Part shown: piece after piece, positions 1 through 12,377 of the stretch
How the letters are laid out: every line of letters starts with the position of its first letter
How positions within the stretch are numbered: position 1 is the stretch's first letter
From: Paraspadella gotoi
Lineage: Eukaryota; Animalia; Chaetognatha
Reading direction: 5' to 3'
Assembly (NCBI GenBank): GCA_051294375.1
Contig: CM119269.1
Location: forward strand, 20,285,126 to 20,349,125
DNA: 64,000 bases
Program-made: the position numbers and the translations under genes
Notes under the pieces: generated by a model
Database searches by the model: none
The model's input: only the letters and a program-made list of their open reading frames with translations
Told to the model about the DNA's origin: nothing

Positions 1-1860
1 ATTTGTAACAATAATTTATTCTGTGCAAATATTTTTCATATTCCTGTAAAAATTTATTCCTGGTGCAAATTATTACTATCTTCCTCTGCATTTCACTTTT
101 CTGTCAAATTCATCCTAGTGCAAATTTATTCCTGTGCAATTCAATCTGGTTCAAATTCCATTATCTGGTGCACAATTTCCTACTGTGCAAAATTCAATCC
201 TTTGCAAATCATTCCTGTACAAATCATTCCTGTGCAAAATCTCATTCTGTACAAAATTCATTCTCTGTGCAAAATTCATTCCTGGCAAATTCAATCCTGT
301 AGCATTCTTCCATTACAATTTGTAAAAAATTCCTGTTTACAATTAATTCTGTGCAAATTATTTTCTTTTAAAAAAATGTAGTTCTACACAAATTCCCATC
401 TTGGTGAAAATTCCATTTTGTACATAAAGCATTCTTGTGCATATGCATTCCTGTGCAAATGAATTCCTGTGAAAATGTTTCCTGCAAATGATTTCTTGTT
501 CAAATTTTTTCTGTGCAATTCATTTCAGTAAGCAAGAGTTCCCTTTGCTAAAGTATAAGTTACAATGTATTCCTCGTGGAATTCCAACGGCGAGAATTTT
601 TACCAATTCCATTGCACACAGGTCGAATTTCAGGGTTTGAGATATTATCGCAACATCCTGTACATATGCCTATCCTGTACAAATTTGTTCCTGTGCAAAT
701 TGTTCTGGCAATACATTCCTGGCAATGTTTCCTTTGCAAATTCATCAGTTGCAAAGTTATCCATTTTTCATTTTTGTTTTCTGTGCAAATGTATTCCTGT
801 ACAATGTATTCCTGTGTAAATTTGTTCTTGTGCAAATGTGTTCCTGTGCAAATGCATCCTGTGCAAATTGTTCCTGTGCAAATGTGTTACTGTGCAAGAC
901 ATTCCTGTGCATGTATCGTGCAATATTTTCCTGTGAAATATATTCCTGTGCAAATGAATTTTCCTGTTGGAAAATCTTCACTTCAGTTGCAAGAGTTATC
1001 CTTTTTCCAATGTTTTCTGTCAATATGTATATTACTGTACAAATGTATTCCTGTGCAATGTGTGGGTCCCCTGTGCAAAATGCATTCCTGTGCAAATTAT
1101 CCCTATCCTGTGTGTGCGCAAATAATTCCTGTGCAAATGTAGTGTGCAATATTTCCTTCAAATGTATTCTGTGCAAATTTTTCCTGTGCAAATTCATTCA
1201 GTGCCAAAGTTATCCCTTTTTATTCCAAATGTTTTCTGTGCAAATGTATTAACGTGGTACAAATGTCTTTCCTGTGAATTTGTTCAAGTGAATGTGTCCT
1301 GTGCAAATGCCATTTCCAGTGCAAATTGTTCCTTTTTGTGCAAATGTATTCCTGAGCAAATATGAAATGTATTTCGTCAAATTGGCAAAAATTCACTGTG
1401 GACAAATGATTATTCCTGTGCAAATGTTGTATCCTGTCAAATGTTGTCCTGTGCAAAAACATTTTTTTGAAATGCATTTCCTGTACATATTTCATTCCTG
1501 AGCCATCATTCTTTGTACAATATTATTCCTATGCCAATTCATTCCTATGCACAATTTATTCCTGTGCAAATTTCATTCCTGTCAAATATATTCCTGTGCA
1601 AATTTATTATCTGTAACAAATTCATTCCTAGTGCAAATTTAATCCTGTGCCAAATTAAAAATCCTGGCAAATCTTCCATTACAATGTATTCCTTTCCCAA
1701 TATTCCTGTCCAAATTATTTCTTTCAAAAAAATTATTCCCGTGCAAATTATAACTGTAAAATTCATTCCTGTGCTATTCATTCCTGTGCAAGAATGATTT
1801 TGCACAGAATGATTTTGCAATGAATGATTTGCACTGGAATAATTTGCCAGGAATGAATAA
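1..1860. repeat. Degenerate ~15-bp minisatellite (ATTCCTGTGCAAAT-like); left arm of a foldback-like structure
   Basis: Dozens of CCTGTGCAAAT/TTCCTGT units in tandem from 1 to ~1795. Orientation flips to TTTGCACAG at ~1796-1860. Confidence 0.9.
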
Positions 1861-3264
1861 GGGTGAAATTAGGCAAAGCTTTTCTTAAATAGGTATTATA
1901 TTTTTGGTTTACCTAGTATTAACTGAATAAAAGTAGGCAATTTTAATTGAGGAAAGATCTTTAAAACTAAGATATAACTGATAAACTTTATGATCTAATT
2001 TGCCTAAGATTTAAAAGGGAAAAGGTTATCTTTAATAATTGAAGCCAAATGATATTAAATTAAATATTTAGTCTATTATTCTATTTAGTCTACCTTGTGT
2101 TGTATAGATCTCCTCTATTTCCAGAAGACAACACAGACCTCCCCTCCCAAAAAGAGTATTAGATATATAAGCAAATAATGTTTTAAAAAGTAATATATAT
2201 AATTAAATAATATAGTTTTAATAGTAAATATTCATAATATATATAAGATAGTGAAACGAGTAATTTGAAATTTCATATAAAATTTAAAATAACAAAATAT
2301 GATATTTTTTGGTATATTTTAAATAAAATATTTATCAAATTAAAACTTTAATTTGCTAACATTGAAATCAATTATTTTTAGCCCAAATATTTTAAATAAG
2401 ATAAAAAAATTTATAAAAAAAAAATAATAGCTAAAAATATATTTGGTTTTGGTGTTTGGTGTTTTGGGTGATAGGGGTTGGGAGTCTATTTATATTGTTT
2501 TTTAATTTAAAACATTTTTCAGTATGCTCAATATTATTTTTACTTTGAGTCAAAATCTTGTTAATGATAAAAAAATAGAAGGAAAATTTTTTAGATTTTT
2601 TTTTATTTGAAAATCATATCCAGAGGATATTTACTTTCATATCGAGCTCGAAATTTTTTAATTATAATCAGCTGGGAATTATTGATATCATATAATTCTG
2701 TAAATAATCAATTAGTTTTGACATTCTAAATAAGATACAAACATTTTGGGCACTTGAGTCTTGTGTACATTTTACATCATCTTTGATCGAGGTTTTAATC
2801 TTGTCATCATATCAGGATACAACTGAATACCTTACATTGAAAATCTCTTTAAATGTATGCATCCTATGTTATTACTAATTTCTTTATTATCTGTTATTTT
2901 TTTATTTATCATGAATTTAATCTTCTTAATAATTTTATTGGTTCTGGTCTGTATTTCCAAGTATTTTACTACTTAATGCTGATACTCATAAAAAAATTCA
3001 TGCCATCTGGGAAAAGTATTTTTGAGGCTTAAAATATTAGTAATACAAATTGAAAATATAGTTTAAAAGAAATTAAAACAATAAAAGAAATATATGTTTT
3101 TATTTATCTTAAAAATAATATAAGACAAAATATTTTGATTCAGAAATTGTCCTATCTTAATTAAAAATATTTCTTTACCTAGGCAATATCAGTAACACTT
3201 TGCTCACTGGCAATGCTCAGTTAAATCAACAAAATATTACCTAAGTTCACCCCTTAGAAGAATT

Positions 3265-4320
3265 TGGTAGAGGAATGAATTTGAAAAGAAGGAATTTGCA
3301 CAGTAATATTTGCACAGGAATGAATTGCACAGAATAAATTTGCACGGAATACTTTTTGAACGGAACAAATTTTCACAGGATTTGAATTTTGAACGGAACA
3401 TAATTTGCACAGGATAATTCACAGGAATACATTGTAAAGAAAGAATTTGCACAGCATGAATTTGAACAGGAACAATTTGCACTGGAATGAATTGCACAGA
3501 ATAAATTTGCACAGAATGAATTTGCACAGAAATTAGTTTGCATAAGATACATCGTAAAAGAAATAATTGTACAGAATTAATTTGCACAGGAATACATTTG
3601 TAACAGGAATATTTGCACGGGTTGAATTTGCACAGTAATGAATTTGCACGAATGTTTGTAAGGAATAAATTTGAAAAGAATGCCTTTGCCAGGAATACTT
3701 TTGCTCTGGAAACTTTTAGCAAAGGGATAAGTTATACAACAAATGAATTTGCACAGGATTGAATTTGCCAAGGAATGAATTTTGCACAAGAATGTATTTA
3801 CACTGGAATAATCTCACAGGATTGAATTTTCACACAATGAATTTGTAGAGGAATAATTTTGCACAGGAATGAATGCATAGGAAGAATTTGCACAGGAAAA
3901 TTTACACAGGAATACAATTGCACACTAATGAATTTGCATAGGAATGAATTGCCACAGGAATAAATTGCACAGGAATAGCATTTGCACAAAAATTTATTCC
4001 TGTGCAAATTCATTCCTGTTAAAATTTATTCTGTGCAATTTTTTTCTCTGCAAATCATTCCTGTGCAAATCAATCCTGTGCAAATTTATTCGCTGTGCAA
4101 ATCAATCTGGTTTCAAATTCATTTCTGGGCAAATTCCTCTTGTGCAAATTCCAATCCTGTGCAAATTCATCTGTGCAAATCAATCCTGTGAAATTTATTC
4201 CTGTCAATTATCCCTCTAATTATGTCCATCCTGTGCAAATTTATTCCTATGCTAATCATTCCTGTGCAAATTCATTCCTGTGCAATTCTTCCTTTTCAAA
4301 TTGTATTACTGCGCATTTTT
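3265..4320. repeat. Same minisatellite, inverted (3265-3988) then forward (3990-4320)
   Basis: GAATTTGCACAGGAAT units switch to ATTCCTGTGCAAAT units at ~3989. A degenerate GGTTAGGG-rich tract follows at 4350-4520. Confidence 0.9.
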
Positions 4321-4639
4321 ATAGCTAAGTATAGTTAATATAGTTGATAAGTAGGAGGTTAGGGTTAAGTGGGAGGTTAGGGATCATATCGGTATCAGGT
4401 TACGAATTATGTAGGTTAGGGTTAAAGGTTAGGAACTAGGGTAAGGTAGGGTCAGAATTAACATTAGGGATAAAGCTAGTTAATTTCAGAATTAGGCTAA
4501 GGATTTGAGATTAGGTTTTGGATTAGTATGATTATATATTAAAAATATTTAAGGTTAAATATTTTGAAAATTGCCGAATTTTTATATTAAGTTATTAACT
4601 GAAAACATTTAATACTCTAATAATCTCAGGTTTAAATAT

Positions 4640-6130
4640 TATTATTGTAACTGGTAGAGCCTTCCTTTGATTCTAAAGTATTGTTTCTAACCCTGTTAAT
4701 TTTTTTTTTAATCTAATCTAAAACGTTCGATTCCCGCGGTAGTATTGTTTAAAAATTTAAGATTTTTAAAAAGTAGTCGCCAATAGATAATAAACCTACT
4801 AAATTGGTACTTAATAAAGAAGAAATTTAAAAAATAAAAATAATTATAAAATTTTTGGAGAGTCTTTTAAACCCAAGCGTAATTCAGTAAAAGGGTTATG
4901 GTTAAATAAATTAGAATATGTTAAGTATAATAACGTTGTATTCTTGGTAACTTGGTAAAAGGCCTTCCTTTTGATTAGGAAGGTTGCTGGTTCTAACCCT
5001 GTGAACGTTTTTATTTTTATAATGCCAAAAGCTGGACGTTCGATTCCATGGTAGTATTTTTAAAAAAATTCAAACAAAAAAATTATATAAATAATAATAT
5101 TGATATTATAAGAAGAGGTGCCAATAGATATAAACATAATAAATTGTATAGCCAGAAATAAAAATTATGATGTATTTAGGATTTCCTTTACGCTTTTTTA
5201 AAATCTTCATTCAAATTATAAAACTTAAAAAAAACTAAAAAACCAAATAGTATCACTTTTTATATATGTTTGGTATTTGTTTTGATGCTGACGTTTTTTG
5301 TCTTTCAAATATATAGTCAAAAATAGGGCGCCAAAAATATTCTAAAAAACTATTAAATAGTTTCTCTTTCTAACAAACTAAAAACTTCAAGTGATGAATC
5401 AAATTGACATTTTACTAGCCAATAAAAAACTATCTTTTTGTTGGTAACTGTAACAAGCCTTCTTTTAATTGAAAAACATGAAGGGAGCTGGTTCAAACCC
5501 TGTGACCGTTCTCATTTTTTTTTATGCCAAAGCTTTAAACGTCCGATTCCCGTCATAAAGTATATTTTTAAAATTAAGCAGAAAAAAAAATATAATAAAT
5601 AATAAATGATAAATATATTAAGAATAGCGGGCATAATTACTTAACCTAATCAATTGTATACCAAAATAGAAATATGGTAGCATTTATGATATTTCTCCTT
5701 TACACCTTTTAATAAAATCATCATTAAAATAGTAAAACTTTTTAAAAACTAATAATCCCAAATGGTATCACTTTTAATATAGGTTTGTATTCATTTTGAT
5801 GCTGACGTTTTGGTCTTTCAGAATTATATTGTCAAAAATAAGGCCGCCAAAAATACTTCTACACACTATAAAATAGTTGTCTTTTCATACAAACTCAAAC
5901 TAAATGTAAAGTCATCATTCAAAATATAAAACTTTAAAAAAACCTAAAAAATCGCCAAATGATATCATTTATATGTGTTTGTATTCATTTTATGCGGACG
6001 TTTTGGTCTTTCAGAATATATTGTCAAAAAAGGGGCGCCGAAAAATTCTAAAAACATTTATTAAAATAGTTCTTCTCATACAAACTCAAAACTTAATGAT
6101 GGAATCAAATTGTACTTTTTTCTAACCAAT
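4640..6130 (+). repeat. Degenerate tandem array with three tRNA-like heads and three copies of a ~170-bp block
   Basis: TGGTAAC(T)TGGTA..GCCTTCCTTTTGATTAGGAAGG..GGTTC(T/A)AACCCTG-like sequence at ~4645, ~4944 and ~5441, each followed by a CGT(T/C)CGATTCC motif. Block TATCACTTTT..GATGCTGACGTTT..GGCGCCAAAAAT at ~5250, ~5766 and ~5963. Confidence 0.6.
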
Positions 6131-6536
6131 AAAATATCGGTCACTCAGTATCAAAATTTTCGACCAATAGAAGTCTCGTCACACTCTGTCGCAGCAACGG
6201 TCACAAATGTCGCATCAAAAGTGACATGTTCCGCAAAGCGTGTCACAGTCGGTCACATCAGAAAGGAAGATTTGGTGTGGACGTCACGATGGAAGGAAGA
6301 TATTGTTGACATGTCACTCACGGTCACCAACTTTCCAGCCAAGTCAGTTCCGCATCATAAGAAGGAAAATAATATTCATTCCTTCTTTCTTTCTTGTCTT
6401 TCTTTCTTTCTTTCTTCTTGTCTTTCTTTCTTCTTTCTTTCTTCATTCTTTTCTATTTTCAGCTTTCTTATTATTTTTCTTCTTTTTTTTTTAGACGTTC
6501 CTCCTCGTCTCTCTCTCTCTCTCTCTCCTCTCTCGT

Positions 6537-6621
<85 letters not shown>

Positions 6622-6793
6622 CTCTCTCTCTCCTCTCCTCTCTCTTTCTCCTTATCTTATTTCTTCTTTTACACATTCTCTCTCTCTCTCTCCAACTTCT
6701 CCTCCACCTTCATGTTTTGCTACCCGTTACCGATGGCGTTTTCTTAAAGCGCTCCCGTCGTTCTCCGTCCTCGTATCCTTCCCGAAATACTGA

Positions 6794-8641
6794 TCAACAA
6801 ACTTGAAGCAAATTCTCCCAAGCGTCTCGCGTCTGTTCGTCTATTGTGCCCAGCGCTCGGTCGAGCAGTGGCGGAGAGTACGTGCAGAGCTTCGTCAGGT
6901 CCTGATCGGAAAAAGTAATTGATAGATTTCGCTCGCTCTGTATCTCTCTCTCTCTCTCTCCTCTCTCTTCTCTCTCTCTCTCTCTCTCTCTCTGACTAGA
7001 ACCAAATCCGAAAACTCGATCCCAAACCTTTTCATTAATATTTTTATATTTTGGATAAGAATGACTGATAATGTAAATTCTTAAGTTACGGTCAAATTGG
7101 CCCATGGGTTTTAGAAAGAAATCGACCCAAAAAAACCAAAATTCCTCTCCCTTTTTTCAACATTCTCGCCTTTTAAGATTTTCGGCCGATCTGACTTCCT
7201 TCTACAACTTATAATTCCGCTAGTTAATTTTTTTTCCTTATAAGGAGCGAAAGATCACAAGACTTTCTAATCTTTATAATTCTAGGCTAAAAAAATATAA
7301 TACATTATTTTAACATTGGGATATTGTAAAAGTGTAATGACTTGTGAAGCCTGTGAAAGTTGAGTAATTAAAAAAATTGCCTATTTTATTATTAAAAACT
7401 GACATTAAAGTGAAGAAGTTGAACATCTTCTGGCTCCTTTCAGTAAACATCCCTGTTCTCTAAAATAAGATAATGTTTACTTTTTGCTGGTGGAAAAGAA
7501 AGATAAATACTTAGACTGTGATGGGGTGAATAATATTTTGTAGAATTTTGTAAGCATGCTTGTAAAATCAGACAAGCAATTATTTAAGTGACGAACAGAC
7601 AGAATGACAGAGACCTCGGCTTTGATATTCCTTGAGTAGTGAAGGAATCCCTGACTCTTGATTGCAAAGATGAATTCGTCGTAGTCGCCGTCACACAGGA
7701 GGGTGATGATCTCGTCCAACTGGACGATCAACTTGGTCGCATGGACCCACATACGCTCCGACCTCGAGGATGATGTAACGATCTTTAAAGTCTTACCAAG
7801 TCACAGAATCACTTTTTCACTTTTTTTTTTCTGATCCTTGAATGACAAATCCTATTAATATCATCTCACTCCCCTGCTAATACCTTCTTACTAGATTAAT
7901 AGATTAATAGATAAATATAATCTCACTTCCCTGCTAATACCTTCTTACCTTTTCGTAACTAATTTCGCTTCGATAATTTAACTTTCTCTCATATCACTTT
8001 CCACCTCCTACCTCACTTTCCCTCAAATCGCTTCACCTCCTACCTCACTTTCTCAGTTATATCTCTTTCCAGCCGGACTTACCTCACTTTCTCTCATATC
8101 GCTTCACCTCCTACCTCACTTTCTCTTCATATCACTTTCCAACCTCCTACCTCACTTTCTCCTCATATCACTTTTCCACCTCTACCACTTTCTCTCATAT
8201 CACTTTCACACTTACCTCACTTTCTCTCAAATCACTTCCACCTCCTACCTCATTCTCTCATTATCACTTCCACCTCCTACCTCACTTTTCTCCTCATATC
8301 ACTTTCACCTCCTACCTCACTTCTTCTCATATCACTTTCCACCTCCTACCTCACTTTCTCTCATATCGCTTTCTTTTCTACCTCTCTATTCTTACTTTCC
8401 TCCTCCAAGTAGCACCTTACTTTGTCGAGACTTACCTCAGAGCGTCGAATCCGGACGCTTCCCCGAACTTTTCCCCCTCCTCTGGGAACATTGCGAAAAA
8501 GTCCTCGAAGATAATGACTCCGAAGTCTTTGATTTCTCGTACTTCCATCCAGGACGAGTAGATCAGTTTTATCTCCCGCAACGTCAGGTGGCGCCCGGCC
8601 GCCCTCTGCTGTTGCCGGCAGCAGCAGCCACAGGCCCCCAT
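6794..8641 (-). CDS. N-acylated globin (globin X-like), 3 exons: 8641-8436, 7762-7615, 6901-6794 (possibly extending to 6710)
   Basis: Kozak context gccgccATGg. N-terminus MGACGCCC (Gly2 plus Cys cluster). A-helix Trp (IYSSW), C2 Pro/CD1 Phe (FPEEGEKF), distal His (MWVHATK), proximal His (GFLHYSR), H-helix Trp (DAWENL). GT-AG introns in compatible phases (2, 0). 153 aa to the first TGA. Confidence 0.9.
7955..8400. repeat. ~31-bp minisatellite in globin intron 1
   Basis: More than 10 degenerate units of CTCACTTTCTCTCATATCACTTTCCACCTCCTAC. Confidence 0.9.
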
Positions 8642-10287
8642 GGCGGCACGAAGAGAGAATTTTCCCTTTCCCTTTTACGTATTTATTATTGTGGGGGGGT
8701 TAATAATGATATTTTTGGTATTCTTCTTCTTATTGTAATACTAGAGCTTTTCTGCTACAATCGTTTCTAGGTTTTTATTATAAGTGCTATTTTACGAAAA
8801 CGTTATCAAATTTACATTTTAAAATTATCTCTTGTTTTTCACTTGTCTTGTTTTTCTAAGTTTTAAAAAAGGTATACTTTATTTTTAGGCCTGAATCGTT
8901 TTGTAATTTGATACATTGCGCGTTTCGTTTAAGTTCACTTTATATCGAAAGAAAAAGAACGTTTTCTTAACCGCGAAAGAACCGAATTGAAAATCAATAA
9001 AAAAACGAGGCGGAGATTTTGACATCCGAGTCCCAAGTTTCCCGATTCGCGACGGAACGAAACGTCGCGACGATGAAGATATCGACAAAGAAGAATGCGA
9101 ACGTCTTGCTTTTTTTTTAATGTTTGAAATTAGATAGACGTCGACCTATCAATCAACTGATCAATCAGCCAATCAATCATTTTAATTAAGAGAGGCAGAG
9201 AAAGAAACTTTAATATTGAAAAAGATGTGACCTTTATTTTTTTTTTAATTCAAACTCTTAAATTCGATTCCATCGAAACTTTATATCTCGCTCAAATTGA
9301 GCCTCAATCACACACTTTCCGACTCAGTACCCACACACAAAATTTGATCTCAAACCATCCATTCAATTATGAATTATTTGAATAGTTATGTAGGACTAAG
9401 CTCCGACGAACAAAGCCCGAGGTTTTTTTTATATATTCTTTATACCGGCCAAGGTAGAATGATGCAATATTGTTAATATTAAGTTTCAAAAAAACCGACT
9501 ATAAATATAGAAAATATTAACCAAAATCTTTGGAAAATTCACCCCTTCTTTGGAAGATTTTCGCCATAGAAGATTTTTGCCGAATCTGACTCCCGGTTGA
9601 AAACTCTTTAGAATTCCGATCGTTAGCTCCTCTTTTACTTTTACTTTAAATAAAAATTTCACCAAAATGGACTAATTCACTTTTACCATGATCGTATCAT
9701 ATCAAAATAACCTAATAAAATGTAAAGAAAAATTTTGAGAGCCCTTCAGACACTTTGCCAAAGATTCCAAAATTGGACCTCATTTGTTGAACAGGAACAT
9801 ACCTCAGTCATGTTTATATCGTTTTCAAGGAAAAAAATCCCTTTCATTTCTATATAAAATCAGAGATGGAAAATTTTTCGTCCAGAAGCAGTCTATTTGT
9901 TCTGGCTTGTTTGATATCAAGATGTTTATGATTTGACAAGAGAAAAAAATGCGAGCCCTTCAGATGCAACAGGATCAGAATCAAGTGTTTTTTACATCGA
10001 ATATTTTACCAGAATTTTTACCAGGAGCGTTTATATTGTTTGGTAGTCAGATTTGAACGAAAATCTCCATTGAAAAAGTCTTCCTCGATCTCTAAGAACG
10101 ACGTAGACTCCTAAGTTATGAGTAAATATAAGTAAACGAATTCAAGTAAATATGACTTTGTTTATTCCATTTAAATTCATTTCAATTCGCACGATTCCAT
10201 CCAAACTTTATATCCAAACTTTAGCTCAATCACACACAAAATTTCAAGTCAATCTTGCACTCACGTGTAATTGAGTTTTTTAATTTT

Positions 10288-10669
10288 CGCAGTAGGCTAT
10301 ATTTATATATAGTACAATCCTTATAAAATCGAAAAATTTCAAATTAGGCTTTTCTTAATTTTGATTGCAGATTTGAATTCCTCGTCAAAAGTTGATAAAA
10401 GAAAATATAGATCGTTTTTAAAAATTATTTTATTAAGTGGTTAAAATTTAAAAAACTATATTTAATATATAAAAAGTTAATTTTCAGCTTAAACTATAGC
10501 TTTTTCTAATTTTTGACCCACTTAATGAAGGAATTTTTCAAAAAGAGTTATATTTCTTTTTATCAACTTTTTATGACAAATCCAAATCTGCAAAAAAAAT
10601 CTTTAAAAAAACTGTTTTGAAATTTTAACATTTATTGGTTTAGTACTAGTATAAATATGGCCTACTGCG
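10288..10669. mobile_element. Palindromic MITE-like element with long imperfect inverted arms
   Basis: Ends CGCAGTAGGC..GCCTACTGCG. Internal mirrored blocks TGCAGATTTGAATT/AATCCAAATCTGCA, AAAAGTTGATAAAA/TTTTATCAACTTTT and ATTAAGTGG/CCACTTAAT. Confidence 0.7.
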
Positions 10670-10788
10670 TTAATTGTAAATTTATTATAAATTTTTTATT
10701 ACATAAATGTTTATTAGTATAATGTTGTTCGTTCCTCACTTTTAGAATTTTAATTAAAGTTAAATTTAGGAATTTTACTACGCCTTAC

Positions 10789-11005
10789 TGCTAGGCGGCA
10801 CCGGGCTAGAACCCCGGACCTTTGGGTTGGGAGGCAAATGACTTGCCTCCGGCACCAATGGCACTGATGAGGTTGGTGGATTTAAGTCCACCATACTAAC
10901 AATTAATTTTACCATTTTTTAAAATTTATCCTTTCATTAATTAATTTTTGCTTTTCTCCTCGGCTTCATTTCTTTCTTTTTTTTCTTCTAACTCTTTATT
11001 TCTTC
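10789..11005 (-). mobile_element. tRNA(Gly-like)-derived SINE-like repeat, copy 1 (partial)
   Basis: Near-identical to 16997-17212. Minus strand reads TGGTGCCGGAGGCAAGTCATT..CCTCCCAA..GGTTCTAGCCCGGT, giving A-box/B-box-like motifs. Confidence 0.65.
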
Positions 11006-11447
11006 AACTTTATATCTCGCTCAAATTGAGCCTCAATCACACACTTTCCGACTCAGTACCCACACACAAAATTTGTCTAAACCATCTCATGATTTTAATT
11101 AAAATATAAAAATTCCTTAATCCTCAATTCAATTCGATTCCATCCAAACTTTTATATCAACTTTATATCAAACTTTAGCTCAATCACACACAAAATTTCA
11201 AGTCAATCTTGCACTCACGTTTAATTGAGTTCAAAGCAAAGGGGGACGGACGGACGGACGGACGGATGGACATATAGATGGACAGACAGACAGACGGATG
11301 AACATATGTTTTTTTACATAATTTATCATAATTCCATGCTCTGACATGAAGTGTCTTACCGACAAGATTGTGGTGACGGACCGACGGACCGACAAAGTGA
11401 AATTATAGAGCCGGAATCTGCTGTAAGTAGATCCGGCTAATAAAAAA
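11005..11447 (+). mobile_element. Helentron/DINE-1-like non-autonomous element
   Basis: (GGAC)n/(GACA)n microsatellite, then a 3' hairpin AGCCGGA(A)TCT..AGATCCGGCT and an A-tract. The 5' core blocks recur at ~9270-9360 and ~10180-10277. Confidence 0.55.
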
Positions 11448-12377
11448 ATTCAACGATATTCAGTCCAGATTTTCTAAATTTACGGGAAAAGTTAGGATTC
11501 TTAAGGGAACCCAGTGATCGAGGGGGGTCAGGGGGGGTAAAAGGCTGATATCATAACGTTTGGTCCTTCAATCTCCCCCGATTCCAAAAATGTAATTCTT
11601 TCTTCTCTAGTCCAAGGGGAAAGTGGTCAAAAAATTCGATGTTGTCAGCTCGCCTATTTTGTTTAAAAATTCGGTAAGGGGCAAATCTTTTCCAAGTTTC
11701 GATTTTTTCTTTCACGTAAGATGGTATAGAATTTTTTTTTGTTTCCAACTTTACACTAAAAATTATTCGAAAACGAAGGCGAAGACCATGACAAAAAATA
11801 TGACGAAGAAAAGACAACAAAGAATACGGCAGCAAAAAAGAGAGAGAGAAAGAAAGAAAGACTCGGAAAGAGAGAGTTTCAAATTTAAGCAAGCAGCGGG
11901 GATTTAGTACAGATTAATAAGTTAATAATTGACATTTTTATTGTGATTATGACGACGAAAACGACAAAACAATGACAAAAAATACGGCGAATATGACGAA
12001 AAAAAGTTAGAGGAAAACGACGATGAAGAGGAAGACAAAACCGATGACGAAAAAGACAAAGAAGACGAAAACGACGGCGAAGACGACGAAAAAGATGAAG
12101 CCGAAAACAACGAAGACGAAAAACGATGGTGAAGATGACGGCAAAGACGAACTCATAAACACTGTCAATGATTTTTTATTATAAATTTATTGACATAGTG
12201 GTAATAACCTTTCTTTTTCGTTGTTATGTGTATTAGAAATTTAGAGGCAATTTGGTTTCCTCACCACTTGATCACTATTCTTTCTCAACTCTGTGTGGGA
12301 AACTTTGCCCTCTCTCTCTCTCTCTCTCCCTTCTTTCACACAAAAAAACTGTCTAACAATTCACAAATTATTTGACG

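Noticed and set aside
63-4328. Cys-rich ORFs (IPVQ/FLCK/SCAN repeats)
   Set aside because: Translations of the CCTGTGCAAAT minisatellite, open in several frames on both strands.
4350-4520. TTAGGG-like tract as a telomere
   Set aside because: Short, degenerate and interstitial; more likely part of the adjacent repeat element.
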